A DNA stretch of 62,960 nucleotides, counting the filler, from Chiloscyllium plagiosum (lineage: Eukaryota): NCBI RefSeq assembly GCF_004010195.1. It is 4 parts of one record of this genome, joined end to end, with 100 filler letters (N's around TTAATTAATTAA, not from the genome) between each part and the next. Parts side by side here need not be neighbours in the genome. Positions count along the whole stretch, not along the records: positions 34,438 to 50,810 come from NC_057712.1; 3 more parts are not named here. One strand, 5' to 3'. A model generated the notes under the pieces. The model was not told the DNA's origin. It was given only the letters and a program-made list of their open reading frames with translations, and searched no databases. Made by a program: the position numbers and the translations under genes. Positions 38,516 through 50,640 of this stretch are shown here, in pieces. Numbering within the stretch: position 1 is the stretch's first letter; each line of letters begins with the position of its first letter.

Positions 38516-38896
38516 TAATCTAGTCCCATTTGCCAGCATTTGGCCCATATCCCTCTAAACCCTTCCTATTCATATACCCATCCAGATGCCTTTTAAATGC
38601 TGTAATTGTACCAGTCTCCACCACTTCCTCTGGCAGCTCATTCCATACACGTACCACCCTCTGCGTGAAAAACTTGCCCCTTAGGTCCTTTTTAAATCTT
38701 TCTCCTCTAACTTTGAACCTATGCTCTCTCGTTCTGGACTCCGTCACCCCAGGGAAAAGACTTTGTCTATTTATCCTATCCATGCCCCTCATAATTTTGT
38801 AAACCTCTATAAGGTCACCCCTCAACCTCCGACGCTCCAGGGAAAACAGCCTCAGCCTGTTCAGCCTCTCCCTATAGCTCAAATCCTCCAACATCC
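38516..38896 (-). mobile_element. CR1 3' part (tail continues at 37681-37755 beyond the Penelope insertion)
   Basis: LSYRERLNRLRLFSLERRRLRGDLIEVYKIMRG...FFTQRVVRVWNELP. Confidence 0.9.
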
Positions 38897-39255
38897 ATGT
38901 ACCCAGGGTGTAGGGAGTTACATATTAACATGGAGAGAAGATTACTGGCCGGCAGAAAAGAGAGAGTATGCATAAATGGGTCTTTGTCTGATTGAGAGGA
39001 TGGGGGTAAGGAAACTCTGCGCTGGGACTGCAACACTTCACCATTTACATCGATGACTTAGATGAGGGGAGTACACAGCACAGGGAGCCATATTCTCAAA
39101 CAACACTGAGCTCGATGGGAAAGTACATTGTGAAGAAGATGTAAGGAAGTTACAATTTTAAACAGAAAAAGCTAGAAGAATTCAGCCAGTCTGGCAGCAT
39201 CTGGGGAGAGAGAAATAGTTAATGGTTCCAAAGCGAACGGACTGAATGTGCTCAC

Positions 39256-39416
39256 CCTTATTGTCTATGTTCCCTCCTGCGGTTTGACCGCTGAGCCAGG
39301 CGCCCTGGTGAGTGGACAGGGCCCATTTCTGCTGGTTTGCACCTCTCAGGAAGTCGGGGGTTAAATTACAAATCACCAGCTGGGCAAATTGTGCCTTAAA
39401 ATCCTGCATCGCCAGC
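39256..39416 (-). CDS. CAPN14: Calpain exon, end of CysPc and start of CBSW: LAMQDFKAQFAQLVICNLTPDFLRGANQQKWALSTHQGAWLSGQTAGGNIDNK
   Basis: ctccacag acceptor, gtgagc donor; 161 nt, phase 2->1. ICNLTPD and G.W..G.TAGG motifs. Last calpain exon I could find. Confidence 0.94.
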
Positions 39417-39831
39417 CTGTGGAGAGAAAGGGAAGTGGAATGGGAGGCACTGCAAAAGTTCAAGCCGGATTTCTGATCAGGAGGGAAAGGAACAGTGGGA
39501 CACCCGTGCTGGCTCTGATGGAACTGTTTGGCAAACATTTTCTCTTCCTGCTGTCCCATTCCCTCTGTCCGCAGCATTCCCGGATGAACGCTGAGCTGGA
39601 GCCCTGCCTCCCCCGCACACTCTGATGTGTCGGCTCTCTCTGTGTCCTGGCCTTACCAGAATGCCCAGTTTTAATCACCTCCCTACTGGTGGCCATGTCT
39701 TCAGCTTAGTCCTCAAGCTCTGAGCTTTCTTCCTAAACCCCGCGACCCTTTCTACCTTGATTTCCTCTCTGGGGAGTTCTCCTCATAAACTACTTCCTGC
39801 CCTTGTATCTCAGCAGGCATCAGTGTTAAAT

Positions 39832-40398
39832 GTTAGCGAGTTTTGAGAAGATTTGTAGCTCAGGTTGAGGTTCTGGATGTAGGTTTGCTCGCTGAGCTGG
39901 AAGGCTCATTTCCAGACATTTTGTCACCACACTAGATAAGTGAAGCACTGCTGATAATTCCTGCTTTCTATTTATATGTTTGGGGTTCTTTAGATTGGTG
40001 ATGTCATTTCCTGTGGTGATATCATTTCCTGTTCTTTTTCTCAGGGGGTGGTAGGTGGGGTCTAACTCGATGTCTAACTCCCAGTCGACTGGGACAACAC
40101 ATCCATCCTAGGACAAGCCAAACAATGACACGCACGAGAATTCCTAGAAGCATGGCATTCCAACCAGTACTCTATCAACAAACATCGAGTTAGACCCCAT
40201 CTACCACTCCCTGAGCAAAAGATCAGGAAATTACATCACCACAGGAAATGACATCACCAACCCAAAGAACCCCAAACATATAAATAGAAAGCAGGAATTA
40301 TCAGCAGTGCTTCACCTGAGGCCCACTGAAGATGTTAACCAGTAGGGCGACAAAACATCTGGAAATGAACCTTCCAGCTCAGCAAGCAAACCTACATC
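39832..40398. mobile_element. Palindromic Penelope-like insertion (two inverted pLTR arms)
   Basis: About 39873-40072 is inverted relative to about 40184-40401; 11-bp target-site duplication cagtgttaaat at 39821-39831 and 40399-40409. Confidence 0.85.
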
Positions 40399-41785
40399 CA
40401 GTGTTAAATATATACGGCAATCACATTTATATTAGAGTTTGGATTTTGAACTAGTGGCATGGGAGCTTTGGCCTCATATGTACGAAGAGGTTTAATGATT
40501 AACTCGTCAATGTTTCTGGAATTATGATTTGTTTTTAAAGCCTGCATGAGAGCAAGAGAACCCCTGAAATATTTTCTTTAGTATCGTGAGTTTTAATGAT
40601 CGGATAGAGGAAACTTTGAAAAGAATTAGCTTGCTTGTGGTGAGAAGAAACTGGAATTGATTAATTGTGCTGAGGAAGCTTGGGTTAGTTAGGAGAAGTC
40701 ATGATTTATGTTAGATGTTATTAAGTAAGAAACAAGTTTCACCTTGTAGAAAGGGGTTAGTTCAGGGCAGGTGGAACCAGTAAAACTAGTATATGCACAA
40801 TGGATGGAATGGCCTCTTTCTGCACCATACAAATGCTATGATTCAGAAAGTTAGGAAACAGATTACCGCATTGAAAGAGTTCGAATTTGAAATTCCAGAT
40901 CAGAAGTATTCTGTTAGAACAGGGAAAGGTTATTTGAAGATGATTAAGTCGAAGCTGGCTTATGTGAGTAGTCAAGAAAATGGCAATCAAATTCTCAAGA
41001 CCAGGAATTAAACAAAGCAGTGAAGTCACAGCTGTGGATGGGATAGAGACAGGAACTGTCTGGTCCAGATTACTGTAAAGTGCTTGTGTTGGAATTATTT
41101 GGTATTGTATTTTACCATTTGTTTTGAAATCTTCCAATTTTCTAAATATGAGAATACTTCTGTTTATTCTATTCTAATAATCCTTTTTCTAAGTAACAAA
41201 CTTCTGTTTTCATTCTAAAACCAAATCTGCGGTGTAGGGTATTTGTGTCTCGGTGTAGAGTATTTGTGTCTCGGTGTAGGGTAGTNNNNNNNNNNNNNNN
41301 NNNNNNNNNNNNNNNNNNNNNNNNNNNNNNNNNNNNNNNNNNNNNNNNNNNNNNNNNNNNNNNNNNNNNNNNNNNNNNNNNNNNNNNNNNNNNNNNNNNN
41401 NNNNNNNNNNNNNNNNNNNNNNNNNNNNNNNNNNNNNNNNNNNNNNNNNNNNNNNNNNNNNNNNNNNNNNNNNNNNNNNNNNNNNNNNNNNNNNNNNNNN
41501 NNNNNNNNNNNNNNNNNNNNNNNNNNNNNNNNNNNNNNNNNNNNNNNNNNNNNNNNNNNNNNNNNNNNNNNNNNNNNNNNNNNNNNNNNNNNNNNNNNNN
41601 NNNNNNNNNNNNNNNNNNNNNNNNNNNNNNNNNNNNNNNNNNNNNNNNNNNNNNNNNNNNNNNNNNNNNNNNNNNNNNNNNNNNNNNNNNNNNNNNNNNN
41701 NNNNNNNNNNNNNNNNNNNNNNNNNNNNNNNNNNNNNNNNNNNNNNNNNNNNNNNNNNNNNNNNNNNNNNNNNNNNNNNNNNNNN

Positions 41786-42660
41786 AGTCAGGAGGTGAGT
41801 TACTCACTGCAGCATTCCTAACCTCTGACCTGCTCTTGTACAGACTGAGTTTATATGGTAAGTGTAGTTGAGTTTCTGGTCAATGATAACCCCCAGGATG
41901 ATAATAGCAGGGGATTCAGTGATGGTAATGCCATTGAATCTCAAGGGGCGATGATTAGGTTGTCTCTTATTGGTGATGGACATAGCCTAGTAGATGTGAG
42001 GCTTGAATGTTACTTGCCATTGGTCAGCCCAAGCCTGGGTATTGTCCAGATCTTGCTGCATTTGAACACGGACGTCTTCAGTATCTGAGGAGTCGTGAGT
42101 TGTACAATTATCACCGATCGTCCCACTTCTGATGGAGAGTAGGTCATTGATGAAGCAGCTGAAGATGGTTGAGCCTAAGACACTAGCCTGAGGAACTCCT
42201 GCAGAGATAACCTGGAGCTGAGCTGGCTGACCTCCAATAACCACAATCTATGTACCAGGTATGAGTCCAGCTTGAGGAGAGCTTACCCCAATACCCATTG
42301 ATTCCAGTTTTGCCTGGGCCCTTTGATGCCGCACTCAGTCAAATGCCTCAACATCAAGGGCTGTCACTCTGACCTTCCCTCTGGAATTCAGCTCTGTTGT
42401 CCATGTTTGAACCAAAGCTGTAATGAGGTCAGGAGCTGAATGGTCCTGGAGGAACCCAAACTGGGCATCACTGAGCAGGTTATTGCTTGATAGCACTGTT
42501 GGTGACACCTTCCATCACTTTCCTGATGATTGGGAGTAGACTGATGGGGCGAGAATTGGCTGGGTTGGATTTGTATTGTTTTTTGTGTACAGGTTATGTC
42601 TGAGAAAATTCCACATTGTCAGGTAGGTGCCAGTGTTGTAATTCACCTGGAACGACTGGA
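41786..42660 (-). mobile_element. Second-family LINE RT fragment
   Basis: AGVPQASVLGSTIFSCFINDL, MQQDLDNTQAWADQWQVTF. Confidence 0.8.
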
Positions 42661-42724
42661 CTAGAACCATATGAGAGATCAAAAAGTGATTCCAGGATAT
42701 GCACATGGAGTTCGGAATAAACTC

Positions 42725-43290
42725 ACAGAGATGTACACTGCGGAAATAGACCCTTCAGTCTAACTCGTCCATGCCAACCAGCACTTTGCCACATCCCTCC
42801 AAACCCTTCCTATTCATGTACCCATCCAAATGCCTATTAAATGTTGCAATTGTACCAGCCTCCACCACATCCTCTGGCAGCTCATTCCATACATGCACCA
42901 CCCTCTGCGTGAAAACGTTGCCCCTTACGTCCTTTTTAAATCTTTCTCTAATCTTGAACCTATGCCCTCTAGTTCTGGACTCCCCGACCCCAGGGGAAAG
43001 ACTTTGTCTATTTACCCTATCCATGTCCCTCATGATCTTCTAAACCTCTATAAGGTCACCCCTCAGCCTCCGCTGCTCCAGGGCAAACAGCCCCAGCCTG
43101 TTCAGCCTCTCCCTATAGCCCAAACCCTCCATCCCTGGCAACATCATTGTAACCCTTTTCTGAACCCTTTCAGGTTTCATAACATCCTCCCTATAGAGCG
43201 AGACCAGAATCGCACACAATATTCCAACAGTGGCCTAACCAATGTCCTGTATAGCCGCAACATGACCTCCCAACTCCTGTACTCAATGCT
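42725..43290 (-). mobile_element. CR1 3' part
   Basis: RTRGHRFK..FTQRVVHVWNELP. Confidence 0.88.
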
Positions 43291-43510
43291 CCGGGAGTAT
43301 GTCCCTGAGTCAGTGAGCATGTCCCTGAGTCAGTGAGCAGACTGTGGCATCTGTATGCACGGAACGAGAGATCGGAATGTGATCTTGGGAATCGGTGCAC
43401 AGGGAGTGGGAGATCTCCTGGGTAAGGAGAGAAGCTGGATAATGGAGACCATGGTGTCTAGACCCAGGGAGTGAGGTGTGAGTGGACAATGTTTGGAAAG
43501 TGTTTCTTAC

Positions 43511-43585
43511 CAGAACTCTCCATCCGCCCTCTTCAGTAGGAGTTGTTCCTTGACGTCAGGATCAATGCGGTTCCACTGCTCGGAT
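43511..43585 (-). CDS. CAPN14: Calpain exon: SEQWNRIDPDVKEQLLLKRADGEF(W)
   Basis: ctccaag acceptor, gtaaga donor; 75 nt, phase 2->2. DGEFW motif. Confidence 0.94.
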
Positions 43586-44574
43586 CTTGGAGTAACACAG
43601 AGAAAGATGATTGGCAATGGTATTTCTGATTGTCACACCAGTGAGCTGACGTCTCTGTACTCCCCTTGCTGCCTGGTCAAACCAACATGGCTGCACCAGC
43701 AGAAAGAATGAGCTATCCACCCTAACCTTGCGTCCCAGCACCAAGGCAGTCTGCGCCTTACAGATTAGTGTCAAGAGTGTGGTGCTAGAAACGTACAGCA
43801 GGTCAGGCACCATCCGAGGAGCAGGAAAATCGATGCTGCTTGACCTGCTGTGCTTTTCCAGCACCACCCTCTTGACTCTAATCTCCAGCATCTGCAGTCC
43901 TCACTTTCTCCTTGCAGAGCAGTGTTGTTCCCTCTAAATGAGTTGAGGGATTGCCCCACAACCACTAAACCAGGCAGTGAATCCCAGACACCTCCCACGC
44001 TCTGCATGAAATAGTTCTTCCTCATGTTCCCTCTAATCCATCCTTCTCCCAATCTGTCCCCTCTCTGCTTGGGAAACGCTCTGTCCAAGCCCCTCATTAA
44101 TTTCGTACATCTGGCCTTTGCTGTTAGCCAATTAAAGCTTTAACCGTACCCAGTCTTTGCTCACGGCTGCTATTCTCAAGCCCCATTCTTGGGGAATCTC
44201 CTGTGCACCTGCCCTGAAGTAATTCGACCCCTTCCTGTTACATGGTGCCCATGGACGTGCACAAAATCCCAGCTGGCTCCTGAGCAGGCCGTTCTCGTTC
44301 CAAACTAACATTCTTGTTTGTCTACTCAATACCCTACCCAGTGGAGGATGCCAACCCTTGTGCCTTCTTTATCGCCTTATCTGCCTGTGCTGCCACCTTC
44401 AGGAACCTGTGAGCATGCACTCCAAAGATTCTCACTTTCTCTTCCACACGCAACATCCTCTCACGTTTTGTGTGTTCATTATGGATTTATTTTGCCCTCT
44501 CTAAACTCAAAACCCCACGCTTCTCCTGGCTGAATACCATTCGCCATTCTTCCAGCAACGCTCCTGCCCTGACA

Positions 44575-44778
44575 CTTCCCCATGGCTAATCCACCCACCC
44601 TGCACGCTACAGGGTAATTTAGCATGGCCAATCCACCTAAATCTGCACAGCTTTCGAAGAAACCAGAGCAAACCCACGCAGACACGGGGAGAACGTGCCA
44701 ACTCCACACAGTCTGAGGGTTGACTCGAACCCGGGTCCCTGGCGCAGTGAGGCAGCAGTGCTAACCACTCAGCCACCC
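44575..44778 (-). mobile_element. HE1-like V-SINE (partial)
   Basis: V-domain plus gaggcagcagtgctaaccact. Confidence 0.75.
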
Positions 44779-45294
44779 TGTAGCTTTCAGCAACTTTTCT
44801 GAGCAGTCTGCCGTGAGCAGGCGCATTTCCGAGGGAGGTGATTGTAGAAAAGTCCTGCGGGACAGGATGGCAATCAGAGGTTGACAATTCCCAGGATTTC
44901 AGGACAGAGGGATGCTGCTTTGGATCAGGATCTAGGTCAGCTTGGAAGGGGGAGGGGGTACATAAGACATCACGTATATGGAAGACAGTAGCAGCAGCGG
45001 ACACAGGGAAAACCGTGCCCTGGATAACATTGTCTGCTCGAGAACTCACAAAACAAAAGTGATCAGCTGCTCACAATCACATGGCTGCTTGTGGGATCTT
45101 GCTGTGCGTTTATTGGTTGCTGAGTTTCCTCCATTATAATAGTACTTCCTCGGCAGTGAAACACTTTGAGGCGAAAGTGAGAGCTGCAGATGCTGGAGAT
45201 TAGAGTCAAGATGAGAGTGGTGCTGGGAAAGCACAGCAGGTCAGGCAGCATCCGAGGAGCAGGATGCTGTCTGAAGCACTGGTTCATAGACACA

Positions 45295-46600
45295 TAGAGT
45301 CATAGAGATGTACAGCACGGAAACAGACCCTTCGGTCCAACCTGTCCATGCCGACCAGATATCCCAACCCAATCTAGTCCCACCTGCCAGCACCCAGTCC
45401 ATATCCCTCCAAACCCTTCCTATTCATATACCCATCCAAATGCCTCTTAAATGTTGCAATTATACCAGCCTCCACCACATCCTCTGGCAGCTCATTCCAT
45501 ACACGTACCACCCTCTGTGTGAAAAAGTNNNNNNNNNNNNNNNNNNNNNNNNNNNNNNNNNNNNNNNNNNNNNNNNNNNNNNNNNNNNNNNNNNNNNNNN
45601 NNNNNNNNNNNNNNNNNNNNNNNNNNNNNNNNNNNNNNNNNNNNNNNNNNNNNNNNNNNNNNNNNNNNNNNNNNNNNNNNNNNNNNNNNNNNNNNNNNNN
45701 NNNNNNNNNNNNNNNNNNNNNNNNNNNNNNNNNNNNNNNNNNNNNNNNNNNNNNNNNNNNNNNNNNNNNNNNNNNNNNNNNNNNNNNNNNNNNNNNNNNN
45801 NNNNNNNNNNNNNNNNNNNNNNNNNNNNNNNNNNNNNNNNNNNNNNNNNNNNNNNNNNNNNNNNNNNNNNNNNNNNNNNNNNNNNNNNNNNNNNNNNNNN
45901 NNNNNNNNNNNNNNNNNNNNNNNNNNNNNNNNNNNNNNNNNNNNNNNNNNNNNNNNNNNNNNNNNNNNNNNNNNNNNNNNNNNNNNNNNNNNNNNNNNNN
46001 NNNNNNNNNNNNNNNNNNNNNNNNNNNNNNNNNNNNNNNNNNNNNNNNNNNNNNNNNNNNNNNNNNNNNNNNNNNNNNNNNNNNNNNNNNNNNNNNNNNN
46101 NNNNNNNNNNNNNNNNNNNNNNNNNNNNNNAACAACCCTCCACCATCACCGTCTGTCTTCTACCTTTGAGCCAGTTCTGTATCCAAATGGCGAGTTCTCC
46201 CTGTATTCCATGAGATCTAACCTTGCTAACCAGTCACCCCTGGGGAACCTTGTCGAACACCTTACTGGAGTCCATAGAGATCACATCTACCGCTCTGCCC
46301 TCATCAATCCTCTTTGTTACTTCTTCAAAAATCTCAGTCAAGTTTGTGAGACATGATTTCCCATGCACAAAGCCATGTTGACTATCCCTAATCAGTCCTT
46401 GCCTTTCCAAATACATGTACATCCTGTCCCTCAGGATTCCCTCCAACAACTTGCCCACCACCGAGGTCAGGCTCACTGGTCTATAGTTCTCTGGCTTGTC
46501 CTTACCACCCTTCTTAAACACTGGCACCATGTTAGCCAACCTCCAGTCTTCCAGCACCTCACCTGTGACTATCAATGATTCAAATATCTCAGCAAGAGGC
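45295..46600 (-). mobile_element. CR1-clade LINE RT to 3' end, centre in an N gap
   Basis: ENYRPVSLTSVVGKLLE, SQHGFVHGKSCLTNL. Confidence 0.9.
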
Positions 46601-48093
46601 ACAGTAAATGGTTCTATCCAAATGCAAGTCAGTTTCATCGCCAGCTGGGAAATGTTTGTTCCGATTCACTGAGCAGGGTTCCATCTGAAAGCAACCTCCC
46701 TCTCACACAGCCTGCATCCTCCTGCTATTCAGAAACATAATTACACCTCTCCTCAGTTACTCTAAACACTGCCCGAAGCTTCCCCTTGATGACATGTTAC
46801 TTTCAAAACATTGGAACAATAAATTCTGACTGACAACAGCAAGTGTGTGAGGCAGAAAGATAGGTTTACATTCTGGAATCTCACCTCTGCAGTACAGCCT
46901 GTCACACCAGACATACTGGAGCGTTAACCCCTGGCTATCAAAACGGAGTTCACACAGGCACAGCTCTGAGGGGTGGCATGGTGGCTCAGTGGTTAGCACT
47001 GCTACCCCACAGCACCAGGGTACTGGGTTCGATAACAGAGTAGCACTAATAGACAGGTTCAATTCTCTCATTGGCTGAGGTTACCACGATAGACTCGCCT
47101 TCTCAATCTCTCCCCTCAGCTGTGTCGATGTTACCTTTTGATACTTAAGGTTGGATGTGGGATAGACATTTGGAACTGAGATGGGGAAACAGTTCTTCAC
47201 TCAAAGGGTCATGAACCTGTAGAATGCAAGGGATATCTGTGCAGGCCAGGTCGCTGCATATGGTCAGAAAAACGATAGAGGAATGGCCAGGCTTTGAAGG
47301 CATCAAGAGAGAGGGGAAGAAAGCTGGAATACCGCGATGGGTTGGATGGTCGGCCGTGAATGGATGGGCTGAATGGCCTACTCCTGCTCCTGGTTTCCAT
47401 GTGGAGGGCAGCGATGACCACCCGGTGTGGAAATGATTATCAATTGTCATAAAAACCCATCTGGTTTCACTAATGACCTTTAGGGAACGAAATCTTTCCC
47501 GGCCCTGTCATACGCGTGACTCCAAAGCCCACAGCCAATGGGAGTTGCTCTGAACCACCTTCTAAAATGGCCCCAAGTAAGTCACTGAGTTCAAGGCTAA
47601 TGAGGGAGGAGTCAGTCTACGCTGGGCCCAGGCATCAGCTTCACACGTCTCATCAAATACTTTGTTTGTAAATCCTAAACAACATGAAGATTTCTGAAGG
47701 AGGATACCCAGGAGTGAATCTTTCCCAACTCATGCCACGAATCCTGAAACAAACACAGCTGACTATCCCACCTACAAACACAGACATCCCTCAGCACCAC
47801 ACTGGGGTTATCACGCTGACAGCCTCACTCATGTCTGGAGTGGCGCTTGAACTCACAACCTTCTCTCCCACAAAAGCGCGTCATACCCGCTCGGTACAGA
47901 CCAGCAGAATCCAATCCTTTCCAAATCATGCTCAGTGATCACAGCACCACTGTTCGCGAAAGCACTTGAAAACTTCTCGAGTGGAAACACCAACCCTGTT
48001 ATCACCAACAGAAAGCAGCAGCAAACACTCTCTCTACTTCATCAGATTCAGGGAGTAATCTCCAATCAGGGCCACAGCAAAGACTACACTCAC

Positions 48094-48182
48094 CGGTCAC
48101 TCCAGCGCCCTTTCCACTCCGTCTCGTTTCCCCATGGGTTCCGCACGCGGATCAACAATTCCATTCGGTTTTTGTATGGCAC
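48094..48182 (-). CDS. CAPN14: Calpain exon with catalytic Asn: VPYKNRMELLIRVRNPWGNETEWKGRWSD(R)
   Basis: ggactag acceptor, gtgagt donor; 89 nt, phase 0->2. LIR.RNPWG..EW.G.WSD motif. Confidence 0.95.
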
Positions 48183-48258
48183 CTAGTCCACCCCATCCCA
48201 GAAAAAAAAGACAGCTTAGACAAGATTTCAGTTCATCGAAACAGACAGAAAATAACCA

Positions 48259-48541
48259 CAGACAGGACCAACACATAGACCTCAAACAGTACACACAGAC
48301 CAGAGACAGGACCAACACATAGACCTCAAACAGTACAAACAGACCAGAGACAGGACCAACACATAGACCTCAAACAGTACACACAGACCAGAGACAGGAC
48401 CAACACATAGACCTCAAACAGTACACACAGTCCCAGAGACAGGACCAACACATAGACCTCAAACAGTACACACAGCCCAGAGACAGGACCAACACATAGA
48501 CCTCAAACAGTACACACAGACCAGAGACAGGACCAACACAT
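48259..48541. repeat. 44-bp minisatellite, about 6.4 copies, inside the short calpain His/Asn intron
   Basis: Units start at 48261, 48305, 48349, 48393, 48438, 48482 and 48526. Confidence 0.95.
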
Positions 48542-48573
48542 TGGACAGTTATCGAAAACTCTGAAGTGATTAC

Positions 48574-48645
48574 CTCTTCAACCCCAGTGATTGAATATGC
48601 ATGCGTCATTACCAGCCCGTTTGACAGCACTTGCTCTCCGCCTTG
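48574..48645 (-). CDS. CAPN14: Calpain exon with catalytic His: QGGEQVLSNGLVMTHAYSITGVEE
   Basis: ctacccag acceptor, gtaatc donor; 72 nt, phase 0->0. GLV..HAYS.TG motif. Confidence 0.93.
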
Positions 48646-48835
48646 CTGGGTAGAGAAATCAATAGCACAACATCAGTGTGAGAGAAGCTCTGGTCCGTTT
48701 TGCCTGGAGGTGACTGGAGATGCTGAAGTGGTGAGGCTTTGTGGTGGGTGTACCACTATCAGCTCCGACAACCTCTGCAGATCAACACACTCTTGTGAAG
48801 GGAGATCAGACTGACTCGTTTGTCCGAGTTGTTCG

Positions 48836-49412
48836 TAGAGGGATTGAGTTCCGGAGCTGCAATATCATGCTGCAACTGTACAAAACGCTAGTGCGGCCAC
48901 ACTTGGAATATTGTGTACAGTTCTGGTCGCCCCATTATAGGAAGGATGTGGAAGCATTGGAAAAGGTGCAGAGGGGATTTACCAGGATGTTGCCTTGTCT
49001 GGAGGGAAGGTCTTATGAGGAAAGGCTGAGAGACTTGGGTCTGTTCTCATTGGAAAGAAGAAGGCTAAGAGGGGATTTGATAGAGACATACAAGATGATC
49101 AGAGGATTAGATAGGGTAGACAGAGAAAGACTTTTTCCTAGGATGATGACGTCAGCGTGTACGAGGGGGCATAACTATAAATTGAGGGGTGATAGATTTC
49201 AGACAGATGTCAGAGGCAAGTTCTTTACGCAGAGAGTGGTAAGGGCATGGAATGCCCTACCTGCTAATGTAGTCAACTCAGCCACGTTAGGGAGATTTAA
49301 ACAATCCTTAGATAAGCACATGGATGATGATGGGATAGTGTAGGGGGACAAGCTGAGAAAAGTCCACAGGTCGATACAACACCGAGGGCCGAAGGGCCTG
49401 TTCTGTTCTATG
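48836..49412 (+). mobile_element. CR1 3' part with uninterrupted reading frame
   Basis: LYKTLVRPHLEYCVQFWSPHY...FFTQRVVRAWNALP. Confidence 0.9.
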
Positions 49413-49670
49413 TAACCCTCCGAAGAGTAACCCACCCAGATTCATTTCCCTCCGACAAAGGCACCTAACACTATGGGCAATTTAGCATGGCCAATTCATC
49501 TGGCCTGCACATCTTTGGACTGTGGGAGGAAACCGGAGCACCCGGAGGAAACCCACGCAGACACGGGGAGAATGTGCAAACTCCACACAGTCAGTCACCT
49601 GAGGCTGGAATCGAACCCGGGACCCTGGTGCTGTGAGGCAGCAGTGCTAACCCCTGAGCCACCGTGCCAT
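49413..49670 (-). mobile_element. HE1-like V-SINE joined tail-to-tail with the preceding CR1
   Basis: Near-consensus V-domain and tRNA head. Confidence 0.88.
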
Positions 49671-50299
49671 CCTGGTGTGGTTTAGATGGTGTGGGGGTTA
49701 CATGTCCATCTTGAAAGGAGCTCTTCGGCCTATCGAGTCCGTGCTGACCTAGCTACGCCAATCCCACTTCTCAGCACTCGGCCCGAGTCAACCTTGACCA
49801 CGACAGAGTCACGGAGCTCAAGTTCATTTACTATTTCACGGTTGTGAGGTTTCCCACCTCAAAGCCCTCTCCCAAATCGAAACAGCTTGTGTTTTTTTTT
49901 TAAATCGGAACTGATCCTTTTTTTTTAAATTTCTGACATTTAACAGTGAATCTGAATTCTGGAACAGCTGGTGTGGGATATGAACTAACATTCCCTGGAA
50001 CACCGTACCCTGAATCTTTCTGCTGTGCTCCCGCAGTTAGCTCTGGGAAACCCTGCTCCATCAGCCCACACTGGGTCACCAGCCAACCCCAAATGGAAGC
50101 CAGCTTCGACTTCACATGCACAAAGATGGCGAGAGCCCTCGCTGAGGGCGCGAGTCAGCCTCACCACCCCCTCCCTCCCTCCCTCACTGCTCCCCCTCTT
50201 GTTTACCACGGAGGGGGTGCTGACCTTCTGAGTATTCACTGATTTTTTTTTTGGTTTCTGTCGGAAGCTCTAGGTTCACTCAGGAAAGGTGGATCTTAC

Positions 50300-50474
50300 C
50301 ACGGCGGGAGTGCTGCAGCCCATGAAGGAACCAAGACTGACCGCTCTTTTCAGTGTCACCCAGAGATCCGAAGGGGGCTTCCTCAGGGAGATGACAGATT
50401 TAACCCCCCCGGTGAAATCCACCAGTGCTTCCGAAATCTGGCCCATGTGTAAATCTCCGTATGATCCGTACAGC
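50300..50474 (-). CDS. CAPN14: Calpain exon: LYGSYGDLHMGQISEALVDFTGGVKSVISLRKPPSDLWVTLKRAVSLGSFMGCSTPAV
   Basis: Pyrimidine tract plus tgacag acceptor, gtaaga donor; 175 nt, phase 2->0. GSY..L..G..SEALVDFTGG motif. Confidence 0.95.
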
Positions 50475-50640
50475 CTGTCACAGAGGGAAAAGAAGAAAAG
50501 GTCAACACTTTGTGGGAACTCCCATCTGAGCTCTGGGCCCCCGAAACCTTCGTGTTACATTTGGAGCTGATTACCAGGCTGGGAGGCGATGGGTGACTGA
50601 TGCTGTAGACCCACCATGAAACAGGCTTCGATCGCAAATT

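Noticed and set aside
36460..41230. Possible solo LTRs at about 36460-37150 and 40420-41230
   Set aside because: Composition is suggestive, but I could not define TG...CA termini, a TSD or a PBS.
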